54,112 nt of DNA from positions 36,600,433-36,654,544 of the forward strand of contig NC_069002.1 of NCBI RefSeq assembly GCF_001194135.2, written 5' to 3'. Origin of the DNA: Octopus bimaculoides (Eukaryota). Below, piece after piece: positions 36,970 through 48,589 of this stretch. The notes under the pieces were generated by a model that ran no database searches, had not been told where the DNA came from, and saw nothing but the letters and a program-made list of their open reading frames with translations. Positions within the stretch are counted from its first letter, which is position 1. Every line of letters begins with the position of its first letter. The translations under genes were made by a program, and so were the position numbers.

Positions 36970-37897
36970 GTATTGCTCTGCATTTTTCCGCAGCGGTTAT
37001 TGTAATTATTATTTATTTAATTTTATGAGTGCGGGAAGATTGGTTTATTAAATGGAATAAGTGTTGCGTGTATAATGGAGGGCATGTCTTTGAAACCCTT
37101 AGGAGTCACACCCTGAAATTATGCATGTGCTCCTTATGTAGAAAGAGGTATTACCAAAAGCTATGGAGCTAAATCTGAGTCGGTCAGGTGCAAAATATTT
37201 TGAAATTTGGTTGAATCCACATGGAATGACCCAATTATATAATTACTGTATAACCAACCGCTGCACACAATACCTTATTTAATTGTGCAATCAGCACAAA
37301 TGGTGGTGGTGGTGGTGGGTCAGCTCCAGGTCAGTCCTGAATGAGCAGACCTGTAATCAAAGTTGGTCCAGTCATGTCCAGCCCACATTTTTCAGAATGC
37401 GTCTTTTCCTTTCCCAAGTTAGTTGTACCAATCTGCCTGGCGCAAAAGTATGGCTGATCTAGGCTTCTTAAGGAGAAATGCAACTCCTTAATTCATACAC
37501 TGCAAATGATGGCAATATCTGAGACAATAAGAATCTGCAAGACCTTATGGTTTAAAGGATTATGAGAAAAATGAGATTTTTTCCTTGGGCGACCATCAAC
37601 AACTAGGTAGCAGACAGGTAGCCAATTAAAATTAACTCTAAATTAAAAGGCGAGAAAGAAAACACACACACACACACACATCCATACATACACACAAACA
37701 TACATACACACAAACATACATACACACACACATCCATACATACACACATACGAGCACACATACATACATACATGCATACATAGAGCAAATGAATATTCCA
37801 TTTTGATATTTAAGATATTGAATATAAATATTCGATATTTATTTGACAATTATACAAACAAAATTAAGACCAATTTTTCACTTTACTTTTCTTGCAG

Positions 37898-37977
37898 AAT
37901 GGATAAAGACCAATTCACACGGAGTTTCATGCAAGAGAAAGTTGGTATCGTTGACAACGACTACTATGAATTTGAAG
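37898..37977 (+). CDS. chs: Chitin synthase copy B exon
   Basis: Acceptor TTCTTGCAG. Reads RMDKDQ...DYYEFE. Donor G|GTTCTT, phase 1, which restores YYEFEGHIFFDDA with the next exon. Confidence 0.88.
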
Positions 37978-38784
37978 GTTCTTTTATTCTATCTTTCCTC
38001 CCCCACCCCACCCGTGTTTACTTTTACTAGAAATACAATTATTTGTTACTGTATGAGCGATGAGTTAATTGCATCACTGCTTCATATTTCATTGTGTATT
38101 TTTTCAATGTAAGGAAAGTGATTGATGAAACTGTTTCGATTTTTTAACTTGTTTCAGTGCTCTATATATTAGTTGGTGTTACAAAGTCCGACTTGTAATG
38201 ATACGGCCATTCCAACGTAATTCGCATAACCTCTAATCAATTAACGCAAAACAAACTTTTTAGGTGGTTGACCGGACTGGAAATGTTTTACGAGCCAAAG
38301 TGAATAGAAGCTGAAATCGTGATCATGCAAGGCTATGAATAGAACTAACTTGTTTCTTCTTTACTTTTTGTTAATTTTTAAATGTTGTACACATTTAATG
38401 ATGTAAAAATCAATAGGTGACATACACGACACGGTATGTAGTGGAGAGTCAAAACGTTTTCAGTTAGGCTGAATGAGTGTATAACGTAGGTTTGATGAAT
38501 AATTTAAATATTGTTTAGATTGGTTGATTTGATGCAGTCTCAAAACCGAGTCGACTTTCACTGCATTTTTCGATTCTGGACGTTAAGCAGAGAAAAAGAA
38601 AGAAAGAGCATGCGTGTGCAACATTATCATATTCAATAAAGCAGTGGCTAAAATAAGGCCATGAGCCTTACTTTTTGAACCTTGAATTGAAGGGCTGAGA
38701 TTTCGAAAACCCTGGCAAATATGTTTGTCTCACTTGCACCGTCTATTGCCCACTATAGCTATAAAAATATGCCAACTGTGCGGT

Positions 38785-38923
38785 TACGGGTTCGAGCCGA
38801 CTATGCGGCAAGTGTCTTCTAGCATAGCTTCAGGCTGACCAAAAGCTTGGGGTTGAAATTTAAAAGACGGCAACTGGGTGGAAGTGTGGTAGAAGAGTGT
38901 CCGTACATCATCCGGTTTAACAC

Positions 38924-38960
<37 letters not shown>
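38785..38960 (+). mobile_element. Degenerate SINE family A
   Basis: GGGTTCGAG...GGCAAGTGTCTTCT...GGCTGACCAAAAGCTTG is colinear with the family A head. Confidence 0.55.
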
Positions 38961-38969
<9 letters not shown>

Positions 38970-39139
38970 GAGTTTGAAGGGATATATCATCCGGGCGAAT
39001 ACTGTGGTGGCTCTCAGTTATGTTCCAGGTTACGGCTAACCGCATCGATTAGTATTTAACGTCTATGACTACTAGCAATTGTAAAACGGTGCCGTTTCGA
39101 CATATTAGATAATATATTTTCTTTATATATTGAATACAG

Positions 39140-39239
39140 GTCACATATTTTTTGATGATGCTTATACAAGAATAGACGGTGAACCCCAAATCAATGCATA
39201 TGTCGAATGTCTAATGAAATTGGTAGAAAAGGCAGGCAG
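39140..39239 (+). CDS. chs: Chitin synthase copy B exon (HIFFDDA)
   Basis: Acceptor TACAG, phase 1. Reads GHIFFDDAY...NAYVECL. Donor AG|GTAAAT, phase 2. Confidence 0.93.
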
Positions 39240-39606
39240 GTAAATTATTTTACTCTTAAAACTAATACAAAAATACAACATATATATAGACATACATACA
39301 CTACATATATATATATATGTTCTCTTCTTATACTTACACCACACCTGGAACCAACCCTACAGTCGGATCTACGGTTTAAATTGAATTTGGTACTCACATA
39401 TTTGCAGTATCTATTCTTCCTCTACAACTTTTGTATATCATTTTGGAAATTTGAATAAAATATACCTCTTTTTAAACAATATGACGATTGAATACCAAGT
39501 AGGAAAAAAAAATTGCATTTTCAATACTTTCTTCTTTTTGCTGTAGCTTACTACATTATTGACTGATTTCTTAAAATTGCTGATGTTATATTTCTGTCTT
39601 TTCAAG

Positions 39607-39757
39607 CGCAATCCACACAGACGTCTTTATCGAGAAACCGACGATATGTAGTACGCCGTATGGAGACCGCTTGGAATGGATCCTTCCTGGTGGAAACAAA
39701 CTGGTCGCCCACCTAAAAGACAAAAATAAAATAAGACACAGGAAGCGGTGGAGCCAG
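39607..39757 (+). CDS. chs: Chitin synthase copy B exon (TPYG, KRWSQ)
   Basis: Reads TPYGDRLEWILPGGNKLVAHLKDKNKIRHRKRWSQ. Donor CAG|GTGAGG, phase 0. Confidence 0.95.
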
Positions 39758-39789
39758 GTGAGGGCGTTTATCTATTATTTTTTGCCAGG

Positions 39790-40445
39790 GAATCTAGCTA
39801 ATGACAAATTACTTATTACGATCTGGTAATTACATCTTAGAAAAGACACTTCTTTTTGTAGTATCCGATTAACGACGTCAAAGTCCTGGTGCCGTCATCC
39901 TAGTGCCGTCGTCCTAGTAATGACCTCCTAGTAATATTTTGATAAATCATTCTCGTTATGACAAACTAACAAGGTAACGACATCTTAGAGAAATCCTAGT
40001 GAGTATATCTTAGTACATCCTGCTCTATTAATAATACCATATTAAAAACATGCTAGGACTATTGCTACATCCTTATAATTACATCTTTGTAATAAACACC
40101 TTAGCAATGACTTTCTGGTAATGGCACACTAGAAATACCATCCTGATAAAGATATCCGAGTAATATCTTGGTAATGATGTTGTAGCCATGGTATCCTAGC
40201 AACGACATCCCAGTAATGACAAGATGACGATAGCACTCTTGTAATGACTGCCCAGTTACATCATTCTGTTAACGCTTATCCTTCTAGGAGCAGCAGCATT
40301 TTAGAAATGACATGCTACTAAAGACAATCTAGTAATGACTTGGGTATCATTACTGCCATCCTATAAATAGCATCTCGGTAAAAGCATCCTCAGAATTTCA
40401 TTCTACTCTTAATGTCAGTTCTGGCATTCTAGTGAAGACCTCCTA
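39790..40445. repeat. Highly degenerate ~14-bp minisatellite (approximate consensus TAGTAATGACATCC)
   Basis: Recurrent CTAGTAATGAC/GACATC/CATCCT variants over ~650 bp. Confidence 0.65.
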
Positions 40446-41524
40446 ACTCTGATCTCCTATTCTCTCATAGTATCTACCGCAGTATAGATTGTGCTAACCA
40501 AACATCTACTTTAAAGGGCGCATAAATATTACCTCTTGGTGTTAATACTGCGCCTGTAACTGATATATATACATATGCATGTATGTATATAGTTACGTGT
40601 GTATGTATGTGTGTGTGCGTGGGGTTGTGTGTATGGAGGTATACGTGCGTTCCTGTGCGTGCGCGTGCGCGCGCGTGTGTGTATGTGCCCATTTTCGTAT
40701 GTATATGAATGTATGTATATGTATATATATTTATATTATAGATATAGATGTACATAGACGCGCGCGCACACAGACAGACAGACAATACAATACAATACAA
40801 TACAATACAATACACACAAGTTTATATTATTACTTCCTACTTCAGTTTAGCCACTATGATTGCATGGAATCCTGCACAGGTCATCAGGGAGCACTTTATT
40901 ACTATATATATTCAGATTTTCAACGTATCAGAGCAAGCTATCCTCGTGAATTTAATAAATGGTTCATTTTGAGATTCCGCGGGGCGCTAGCAAATATGGG
41001 CTATAACAACAGTTATAATGTCGTAACTATATCAGTCGTGAGTACAGCGCTGTTACTGGAACAACCAAACTTTCTGTGTTTTAGTCAAACATTGCAGCTG
41101 AGAAAATTTCCCAAGTTATTACTCAGTTTCCTGTAACTGATCATCGGGCAGTCGTGAGAATTTAGAATAATACTATGGTTTGCAAGTATTTCCAGAGTTT
41201 TACAACTATTACTGGACTCGTTGAATAAACAATTAAAGCTGAGAAAGAAGGAGGGGAAAATAAATCTTGAATATTCATGAAATCGATCGGTTTCATCAAC
41301 ATCGTATTCTGCCAAAGAGAAACTCGTGGACCAAATTTCAAAATAACGCTAAATGCATGTGAATATAAGTCTGTATATTTATTTAAAACCCACAGTGTTG
41401 GTATTCTAGTAATTAGAGGTCAATACGTAAGTCGACCTCAGCCTTCTCATCGAATAGTATTTATCCTCTTGTTATTCTGCTATCATACATATCTGTCCTT
41501 ATTACTTTTATTTTCTCTTTTAAG

Positions 41525-41735
41525 GTCATGTACATGTACTACGTCTTGGGCCACCAGATTGCATCCGTTGATATCAAGATAGGTCAAAAAGTTAAACGTT
41601 CCGATAATACATTTTTGCTAGCTTTAGACGGAGATGTAGATTTCGAACCGTCGTCTGTTCTGCTTTTATTGGACAGAATGAAGAGAAACCCTGTGGTTGG
41701 GGCAGCTTGTGGAAGAATACACCCCATTGGAAACG
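41525..41735 (+). CDS. chs: Chitin synthase copy B exon (DGD motif), ends at a GC donor
   Basis: Reads VMYMYYVLG...FLLALDGDVDF...GAACGRIHPIGN. Donor G|GCAAGT at 41736, phase 1. Confidence 0.93.
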
Positions 41736-42218
41736 GCAAGTTGTTTATTAGAGCGAAGGAGTTTGTAGATGCATACATACACATGCTTATGCACGCATCA
41801 TACACACAAACAAACAAACACGCACATACACACACGTGTATATATATATATTATTAACATTTAAAAATATTATAACATGATTCTAAAATTAAAATGATCA
41901 TCATTTTATTGACATTTACCACATTTAATTACAAAAAATTATCAAATATAAAGATGTGTTATTTTACTGGTACACGACTTTTGCGGCACCCTGTGTATAT
42001 GTATGTATATATATATGTATACATATATATATATATATACCTGCTAACTCCAGCCTCCTGCTAGCTCTAGTCTCAGCTGTGAACTTGTAACCTAACGGAT
42101 GTTCAATTATACAATTATAGCACTTACACAACGTATCTATTCGTTTAGATCACCAGTGAACTAAACCCCTCATATTCTATATATATATATATATATATAA
42201 ACATATATTCGTTTCCAG

Positions 42219-42419
42219 GGCCAATGGTATGGTACCAGAAATTTGAATATGCAGTCAGTCATTGGTTACAGAAATCCGCTGAACACATGACCGGATGTGT
42301 TCTTTGCAGTCCCGGATGCTTTAGCCTTTTCCGAGGATCAGCACTAATTAAGCCAAACGTTCTGAAGAGATACACTACAATGCCAACTGAAGCTAAACAC
42401 CATGTACAGTACGACCAAG
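42219..42419 (+). CDS. chs: Chitin synthase copy B exon (catalytic core)
   Basis: Reads GPMVWYQKFEYAVSHWLQKSAEH...GCVLCSPGCFSLFR...VQYDQ. Donor G|GTAATT, phase 1. Confidence 0.97.
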
Positions 42420-43258
42420 GTAATTATGCATATACGGCGGTCCCCCAGCATGGCCTCAGCTATCTTACAGAAATTAGTAAAGAGTAAAGAGAAATACAAA
42501 CACACACGCACACACGCACACACACACACACACACACTTGTAGCAAGTACATTTTCCTGCTGGTAGAGGATTGTTTTCTAAATCGTAGTCTGCACTTGAT
42601 ATTAGGATTGTAACTCCGTGAAGGAGACAATCTGGAGAAAGAATTACCCGAAAAAGACGACCACTGATATTCCCCACATAGAATTTTCTATCAATGTTGC
42701 TTCCTCAACTTGTGCCGATGCATTATCGATCATGGTATTCCGAGCTTTCGGCACAAATGGTATTAGCTGCAGAAATTTTTTACCTATGATACCAACCCTT
42801 TCCATGGGAAATGACAAAATAAGGTCAAGTACTGAATATAGACGTTTTATTTGACTATATTCTATTCCAACCCAGTTCGAAAAAAATGCTGTTCTTGTAA
42901 CTGTTAAAAATTAAGAAAATTTGATGGAAATTGATAAGTGTATGTTAAACTATGCTTCATAGATGAGGTCCCATAAAAACGAAACCAGCCTGAAGTTATC
43001 GTATTTATATCAAAGATCAGACTGACTCTTTATTGCATGTTTCCAGTCAATTGTTAATGAATTTGCGTTTTGGAATTCTCTCTTTTGCCTTATATATAAA
43101 GACTTTTCATTAAATTTCATGATTTTTTTTTTTTTTTTAAAATTTCGGATGTAATTCCAGTTGATTACAACTCTTTTAGGAGTCTTGGGCAGGGTTTCAC
43201 TGCACTGAATACGTTGTTAGCTCGCATTTGTTTATTACAAATATATTTGTTCGTCCAG

Positions 43259-43656
43259 GTGAGGACCGATGGCTGTGTACACTTCTGCTGCAAGAAGGGT
43301 CTCGAGTTGAATACTGCGCAGCGTCCGACGCCTTAACATATTGTCCTGAAAACTTTAACGAATTCTTCAAACAGCGAAGGCGATGGGCTCCGTCTACTAT
43401 GGCAAACATAATAGAACTTCTAGTCGACTGGCGGCATGTACGACAAGTAAACAGCAGTATATCTTTGCCGTATATCATCTATCAGACTGGTTTAATGGCC
43501 GTCTCAATCATAACGCCTGCAACAATTTTCCTCCTTGTGGTCGGGGCTTTGACAGCAGCTTTCCCGTCTATATCGTTGACAGCTTCTCTGTTTATTAACC
43601 TCATCCCAGTCGTAATCATGCTATTCTTGTGCTTTGTGTCACCAGAAGATACCCAA
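43259..43656 (+). CDS. chs: Chitin synthase copy B exon (GEDRW, QRRRW)
   Basis: Reads GEDRWLCTLLLQ...FFKQRRRWAPSTMANI. Donor CAA|GTATGT, phase 0. Confidence 0.97.
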
Positions 43657-43710
43657 GTATGTATTATCTCATTCACTTCATTACTTTATTGAATTTTTGA
43701 TTTTTTTTCA

Positions 43711-43880
43711 TTCTTCTTTGCCTTCTTCTTCTCCTCCTCTTTCTTCTTCTTTGCCTTCTTCTTCTCCTCCTCTTTCTTCTTCTTTGCCTTCTTCTTCTCC
43801 TCCTCTTTCTTCTTCTTTGCCTTCTTCTTCTTCTCCTCCTCCTTCTCTTTCTTCTTCTTTGCTTTCTCCGTCTTCTTCTC
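43711..43880. repeat. 33-bp polypyrimidine tandem repeat, about 4 copies
   Basis: TTCTTCTTTGCCTTCTTCTTCTCCTCCTCTTTC starts at 43711, 43744, 43777 and 43810. Confidence 0.92.
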
Positions 43881-44904
43881 CAGTAGTATGGTAGACTGTA
43901 GTGTTTCTATTACTTCATGATTTTTTTAATAATATTAATTTCAAACACACCGACGAATGTAAGGAGTAACAAAGTAAAACTGATCAAACCTAGAAACGGT
44001 TTTATATTGAATCCCATCGAATTCACTGTACCCAGGATTCAACACAGCAGATTTGTGGCACATATTCTCGCACTGATTTTTACCTGAGGGCTACGTTAAC
44101 GATACAAAGTGCCTGTGGAGTGCTCAGCACACATCCATTACCATAGGGTTTTATGAAATACAAAAGAGATGAAATGATAATGAGACATCTGTGCATCATT
44201 AGATTTAAGTGACAAAAGCTTGTACACTTTTGCCACTCTCTGTTAATATAGCAGGATCCAGTGACAAGCATTGCAAGATGACTGGTATTATTTTGACTGA
44301 AAGTTTTACGTCAGAATATCTTTCTCCTAAGAGCTGTGTTCACCCACAGTTTTGTCAAAAATAACGGGAGTCTGCGTATGACATTAAACTGCATCTGGTA
44401 GTGAGGCTCCAGTTTGTGAGTTTTGAAGTGTGAGAAACATGAAGTCGCTACTTATTTAACATTACTCCCAGCTCCGTTCTGATTCGGATCGGTAGTACCT
44501 GTCAGGGTCCCGTCTGTGTGAAATAGATTTTTCCATGAATTGAAGAGGGACCCGTTACGTGCATACACACACATACATGCATACAGACAGACAGATACAT
44601 TGTATCATTATGCACGTAAGATGGACCTGGTTCAATTTTCTTTACATTGTTAATAAGCCTTCTGCAACTTTATTTCGGCATCTTGAGAAGGAACGGTTAG
44701 CAAGTTCTAATTCGCTGTAAAGACAGCGAAACCGACTCGTTCAATCCTGATGAGAAGTCGGCGAAAAAGCCCTCGTGAATTTAATTTCATATTTGGATTA
44801 ATTACATATAGGTATGACTCCATATATTTATTTATTCATAAGGCATAAAGCTTCATTTATTCTAACCTGAGTAAGATATTTCACACACACACAAATATAT
44901 ATAT

Positions 44905-45053
44905 ATATATATAATTTAATTTATATAAGGGCATTACTATACAATAAAGCCTCACGCTTAGAGGGACCCCATAAGTCAAAACTACCAGGAGTCCCTCTAA
45001 GCGTGAGGCATTATTGTATAGTAATGCCCTTATATAAATTAAATTATATATAT
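44905..45053. repeat. Near-perfect inverted repeat (63-bp arms, 23-nt spacer), probably a MITE
   Basis: 44905-44967 pairs with 44991-45053, with a single A-A mismatch at 44948/45010. Confidence 0.93.
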
Positions 45054-45198
45054 TTATGGAAAAAAATGATGGGTTTTTTTCCTTATGAGGTTTTTTTACG
45101 CTAACTACTTGATAAATTCTTATAAAGTTTTTATCCTAAAATTATATATATATGTATATATATACGTATATAGTCTACATTGTGTTTTTGTTTTTCAG

Positions 45199-45952
45199 CT
45201 GAAATTTGCCTCGATAATAACGCTGTTCTATACTATAGCAATGATGCTTGTGTTTGTCGGTTTGATGAAAGAAATCTTTGAATACAAGTTCTGTTCCACT
45301 ACTGCTTTTTTGTTCACATTTGTTGCCGGCACGTTTCTGACGTCTGCATTTGCTCATCCACAAGAATTCAGTTGTGTTCTCCATGGTCTTCTTTACTTTC
45401 TTTTTGTGCCATCCACATCTATTCTGTTGATGGTTTATGCTCTGGGAAATCTCCACAATATTACCTGGGGAACACGAGACAATGCAGCTAAAGGTAAACC
45501 CGCTCCTGTCAAAGGGAAAAAAATGGCCTTTAATCAAATTAAGAATGTTTTAATGTCAAATTCTTCTGAGGGAAATGAAAAAGAATCCGAATACTCCTTT
45601 TCGTGTGGATATCTTTGCCGCTGTCTGTGTTTTCTGAAGGAGAAATCGAACAAAGAGCTAACACTTCTCGCGACAATATTAGAAAAGCTAGATAACCTTA
45701 TAAAACCTAAAGCATCAAAGAAAATAGATTCAGAGCAAACGGTCCCCTTGATAAAGATCAATAATGATGCAAACGCGGAAAAAGAGGGTGAGAGCAGAGC
45801 AGAAGATCAGGATCTCGCGAAACAACAACCAATACAACAACAACCAATACAACATCAACCAATACAACATCAACCAGTACAACAACAACCACAGCCAGAA
45901 GAACAACAGCCAACGGTAGAAACACAAGAAAGCAATCGCGTCACTTTTGCAG
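45199..45952 (+). CDS. chs: Chitin synthase copy B penultimate exon (HPQE...WGTRD, Cys cluster, coiled coil, Q/P repeat)
   Basis: Acceptor TTTTTCAG, phase 0. Reads AHPQEFSCVLHGLLYFLFVPS...NITWGTRD. Donor G|GTATAC, phase 1. Confidence 0.93.
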
Positions 45953-46079
45953 GTATACTAACACAATTGTACTTTTATAATGCTATCGTTATTTTGCTAC
46001 CATTCCTACACAAGTCATTGAAAGCATTAGCAACTTTAGAATTTCATATAGAATCCAGGTGATTATGAAAGTATCGTAT

Positions 46080-46215
46080 AGGTACAGGTGTGGCTGTTTC
46101 AGGTTCAGTCCCACTGCGTGGTACCTTCGGTAAGTGTCTTCTACTAAGGCCCCGGCGGGCCAAAACAAATGGATTTGGTAGGCGAAAACTGAGAGAAACT
46201 CGTCGTGTATATATC
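46080..46215 (+). mobile_element. SINE family A, internally deleted 5' part
   Basis: GGTTCAGTCCCACTGCGTGGTACCTT...AAGTGTCTTCTACTA...GGATTTGGTAG. Confidence 0.75.
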
Positions 46216-46728
46216 TAATATAATAAATGCGAAAACAAATTTCTGTGTGTTAGTGTGTCACACTTTGATCCCCTCTGTCACTATTCAATGACACTTCTAC
46301 TATTCCACATGATGGAGTGAGAGTGATAGTAGGTATAGAGACGGTGAGGTCAGTGGCGATGACAGGCAGACAGAGAGAGAGAAAGAAAAAGAGAGGGAGA
46401 GAAAGAGAGACAAAGAAATTTAGGGAGAGTTGCTGATGTTTTATTAAAAGTAGCAGTGTTGATGGTGGCAGTGGGAGTAATAATAGGAGAGAGAGAAAGA
46501 GTGAGTATGTGAGAGAAAGAGGGAGATGATGTACAACTTTGTTTAACCATGTCACTTTGACAGAAATTCCTGTGGCCAATGTACTGAACACTATCATTTT
46601 TGTTTTATTTTTTGCTTTCTTTAATACACACACACACATACACACTTTAATTGAAATAAATTTTCCCCAAAATTAAACAAATCTCATATAATAGATGTGA
46701 ATGTCAGTGTCACACTTTTTCAACTTCC

Positions 46729-46950
46729 ATAAATCCTTTCTACTGGGAGCACAAGGCCTCAATTTTTTTGGAGAAAGGATTAAGTTGATTACATCGACCC
46801 CAGTACGTAACTGGTATTAATTTTATCGACTCCGAAAGGATGAAAAGCAAAGTCGACCTCGACGGAATTTGACCTCAGGACGTAGCTGCAGACGGAATAC
46901 CACTAAGTATTTCACCCGGTGTGCTAACGATTCTGCCTGCTCGCCGACTT
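46729..46950 (-). mobile_element. SINE family B, full length
   Basis: The reverse complement is colinear with 6950-7163. Confidence 0.85.
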
Positions 46951-47504
46951 AATAATAATAATAAATGTGGATGTCAGTGTGTCACGCTTTTTCAATTTTA
47001 CTCCTAGAGGCTGACTCCATGAGTAAATTAAAAACATTCTGGGCCGAATCCGGACCTGCAATCCTGAAATTTTGGATTCCTATGTTTTCATTACTGCGAT
47101 TGTTTTCGGCGATTCTTTTTACATGAATTTTTTGCGATGAATATGATCATCATTGGAATGTGACTCTAGAGGAAGCAATTGCAACAAATTCTTCAAAATA
47201 AGTCAGAGATCTGTTTGCAGATCTTCCNNNNNNNNNNAACAATTTTTATAATCTAAAGGCTAACTCCGGGAGTAAATTAAAAACATTCTGGGCCGAATCC
47301 GGACCTGCAATCCTGAAATTTTGGATTCCTATGTTTTCATTACTGCGATTGTTTTCGGCGATTCTTTTTACATGAATTTTTTGCGATGAATATGATCATC
47401 ATTGGAATGTGACTCTAGAGGAAGCAATTGCAACAAATTCTTCAAAATAAGTCAGAGATCTGTTTGCAGATCTTCCCATTCAGGGTCAGTAGCTTAAAAG
47501 CCGC

Positions 47505-47536
<32 letters not shown>

Positions 47537-48330
47537 ACAGTTAGATGTTACTGATAGATGTAATAAATGGAGTGGTGATTAGTGTTGATAGCAGGTTAAT
47601 TAAAACTTCGTGGGGCAGTATGATATGCACCAAAATGAACAAACAAACAGAAAGAAAAGAGTAAATTCTTACAGATTTTGTTTATCCATCACAAATCGTC
47701 TCGTTAGGGACAGTGTGTACTCGATGGTAGTCGATTGTTTTCCCCTGATAAGGGAGTGATAGTAGCGACAAGGCTCGCACAATTTTTGGTAAGTTTGTGT
47801 CAGATGAAGGTGCTAGAAAGAGATAGACGTGCGAAAACAAAGTGTCCGAAAATATTTGGAAATGATTTGAATTTCTTCATCTTGGAAAGCTGAAAGTAGG
47901 TCGAGAGGCCAAAAAGTGAATGTGCCTATGTGTGTTGAACTAAATTTCACCTAAGACGTTGAATAAAAGAATAGGGCTTATCTAAGGAAAACGGTGTATG
48001 GCAGTTGACTCTCTTAAATTTCCAAGCACGAATGCCGAGAGCAATGGGAAGAAGCTTACGGAAAAATTAAGGCTAAGGTTCGATTCCTGACTAAGAATCC
48101 AAGAACTAACCATTTCATTCCTTCCCTTCTTATTGAACTTGTCATAAGTGAATGATAGGGGAAAAGTAGAGATGTATACAATGCGATAATAAAACAAGGT
48201 TCAGAATTGTGAACAAAAAGCAGGAAGTGAATAGATGGATGTGAAGCGAGGCCAGAAAAATTATAGATACCAGGAAGAATCTAAAGTGATATGCACAGGG
48301 GTACTGGTATGTATTCGAGTGGGTTCGAAT

Positions 48331-48389
48331 AGCGTGCAGTATTGCCTGTGTGCAAAGCGTGCAGTATTGCCTGTGTGCAAAGCGTGCAG
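48331..48389. repeat. 25-bp tandem repeat (~2.4 copies) within a decayed repeat
   Basis: AGCGTGCAGTATTGCCTGTGTGCAA at 48331 and 48356, partial at 48381. Confidence 0.85.
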
Positions 48390-48589
48390 ATTGGGTTTCG
48401 TGCAGAGTCGACTCGGGGGAAGCGTTGAGTGAGCGTGCGCGGGATTTGGTACCGCATTGTTTATACAAGAGTGTGAACGGTGCAGCCTCAAACTTTCGAT
48501 GAACGCAGCTGGGGCGACAGTCTGCAATTCTCAGTCCAGCGGATTGAGAATAGCATTCTGTATCATTCACATCTAGGATACTTTACAGG

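Noticed and set aside
44715-44775. CTGATGA...GAAA hammerhead-like string
   Set aside because: No arrangement gave stems I and III with a valid NUH cleavage triplet.
47021-47476. 207-bp exact direct duplication (47021-47227 and 47270-47476)
   Set aside because: The copies are identical and sit either side of a 10-N gap, which is the signature of unmerged overlapping contig ends or haplotigs rather than a biological repeat.
48300-48500. Cys-rich peptide (VGSNSVQYCLC) suggesting a PHD-like finger
   Set aside because: Too degenerate and disrupted by a 25-bp duplication. At best a LINE relic, so it is not called as a gene.
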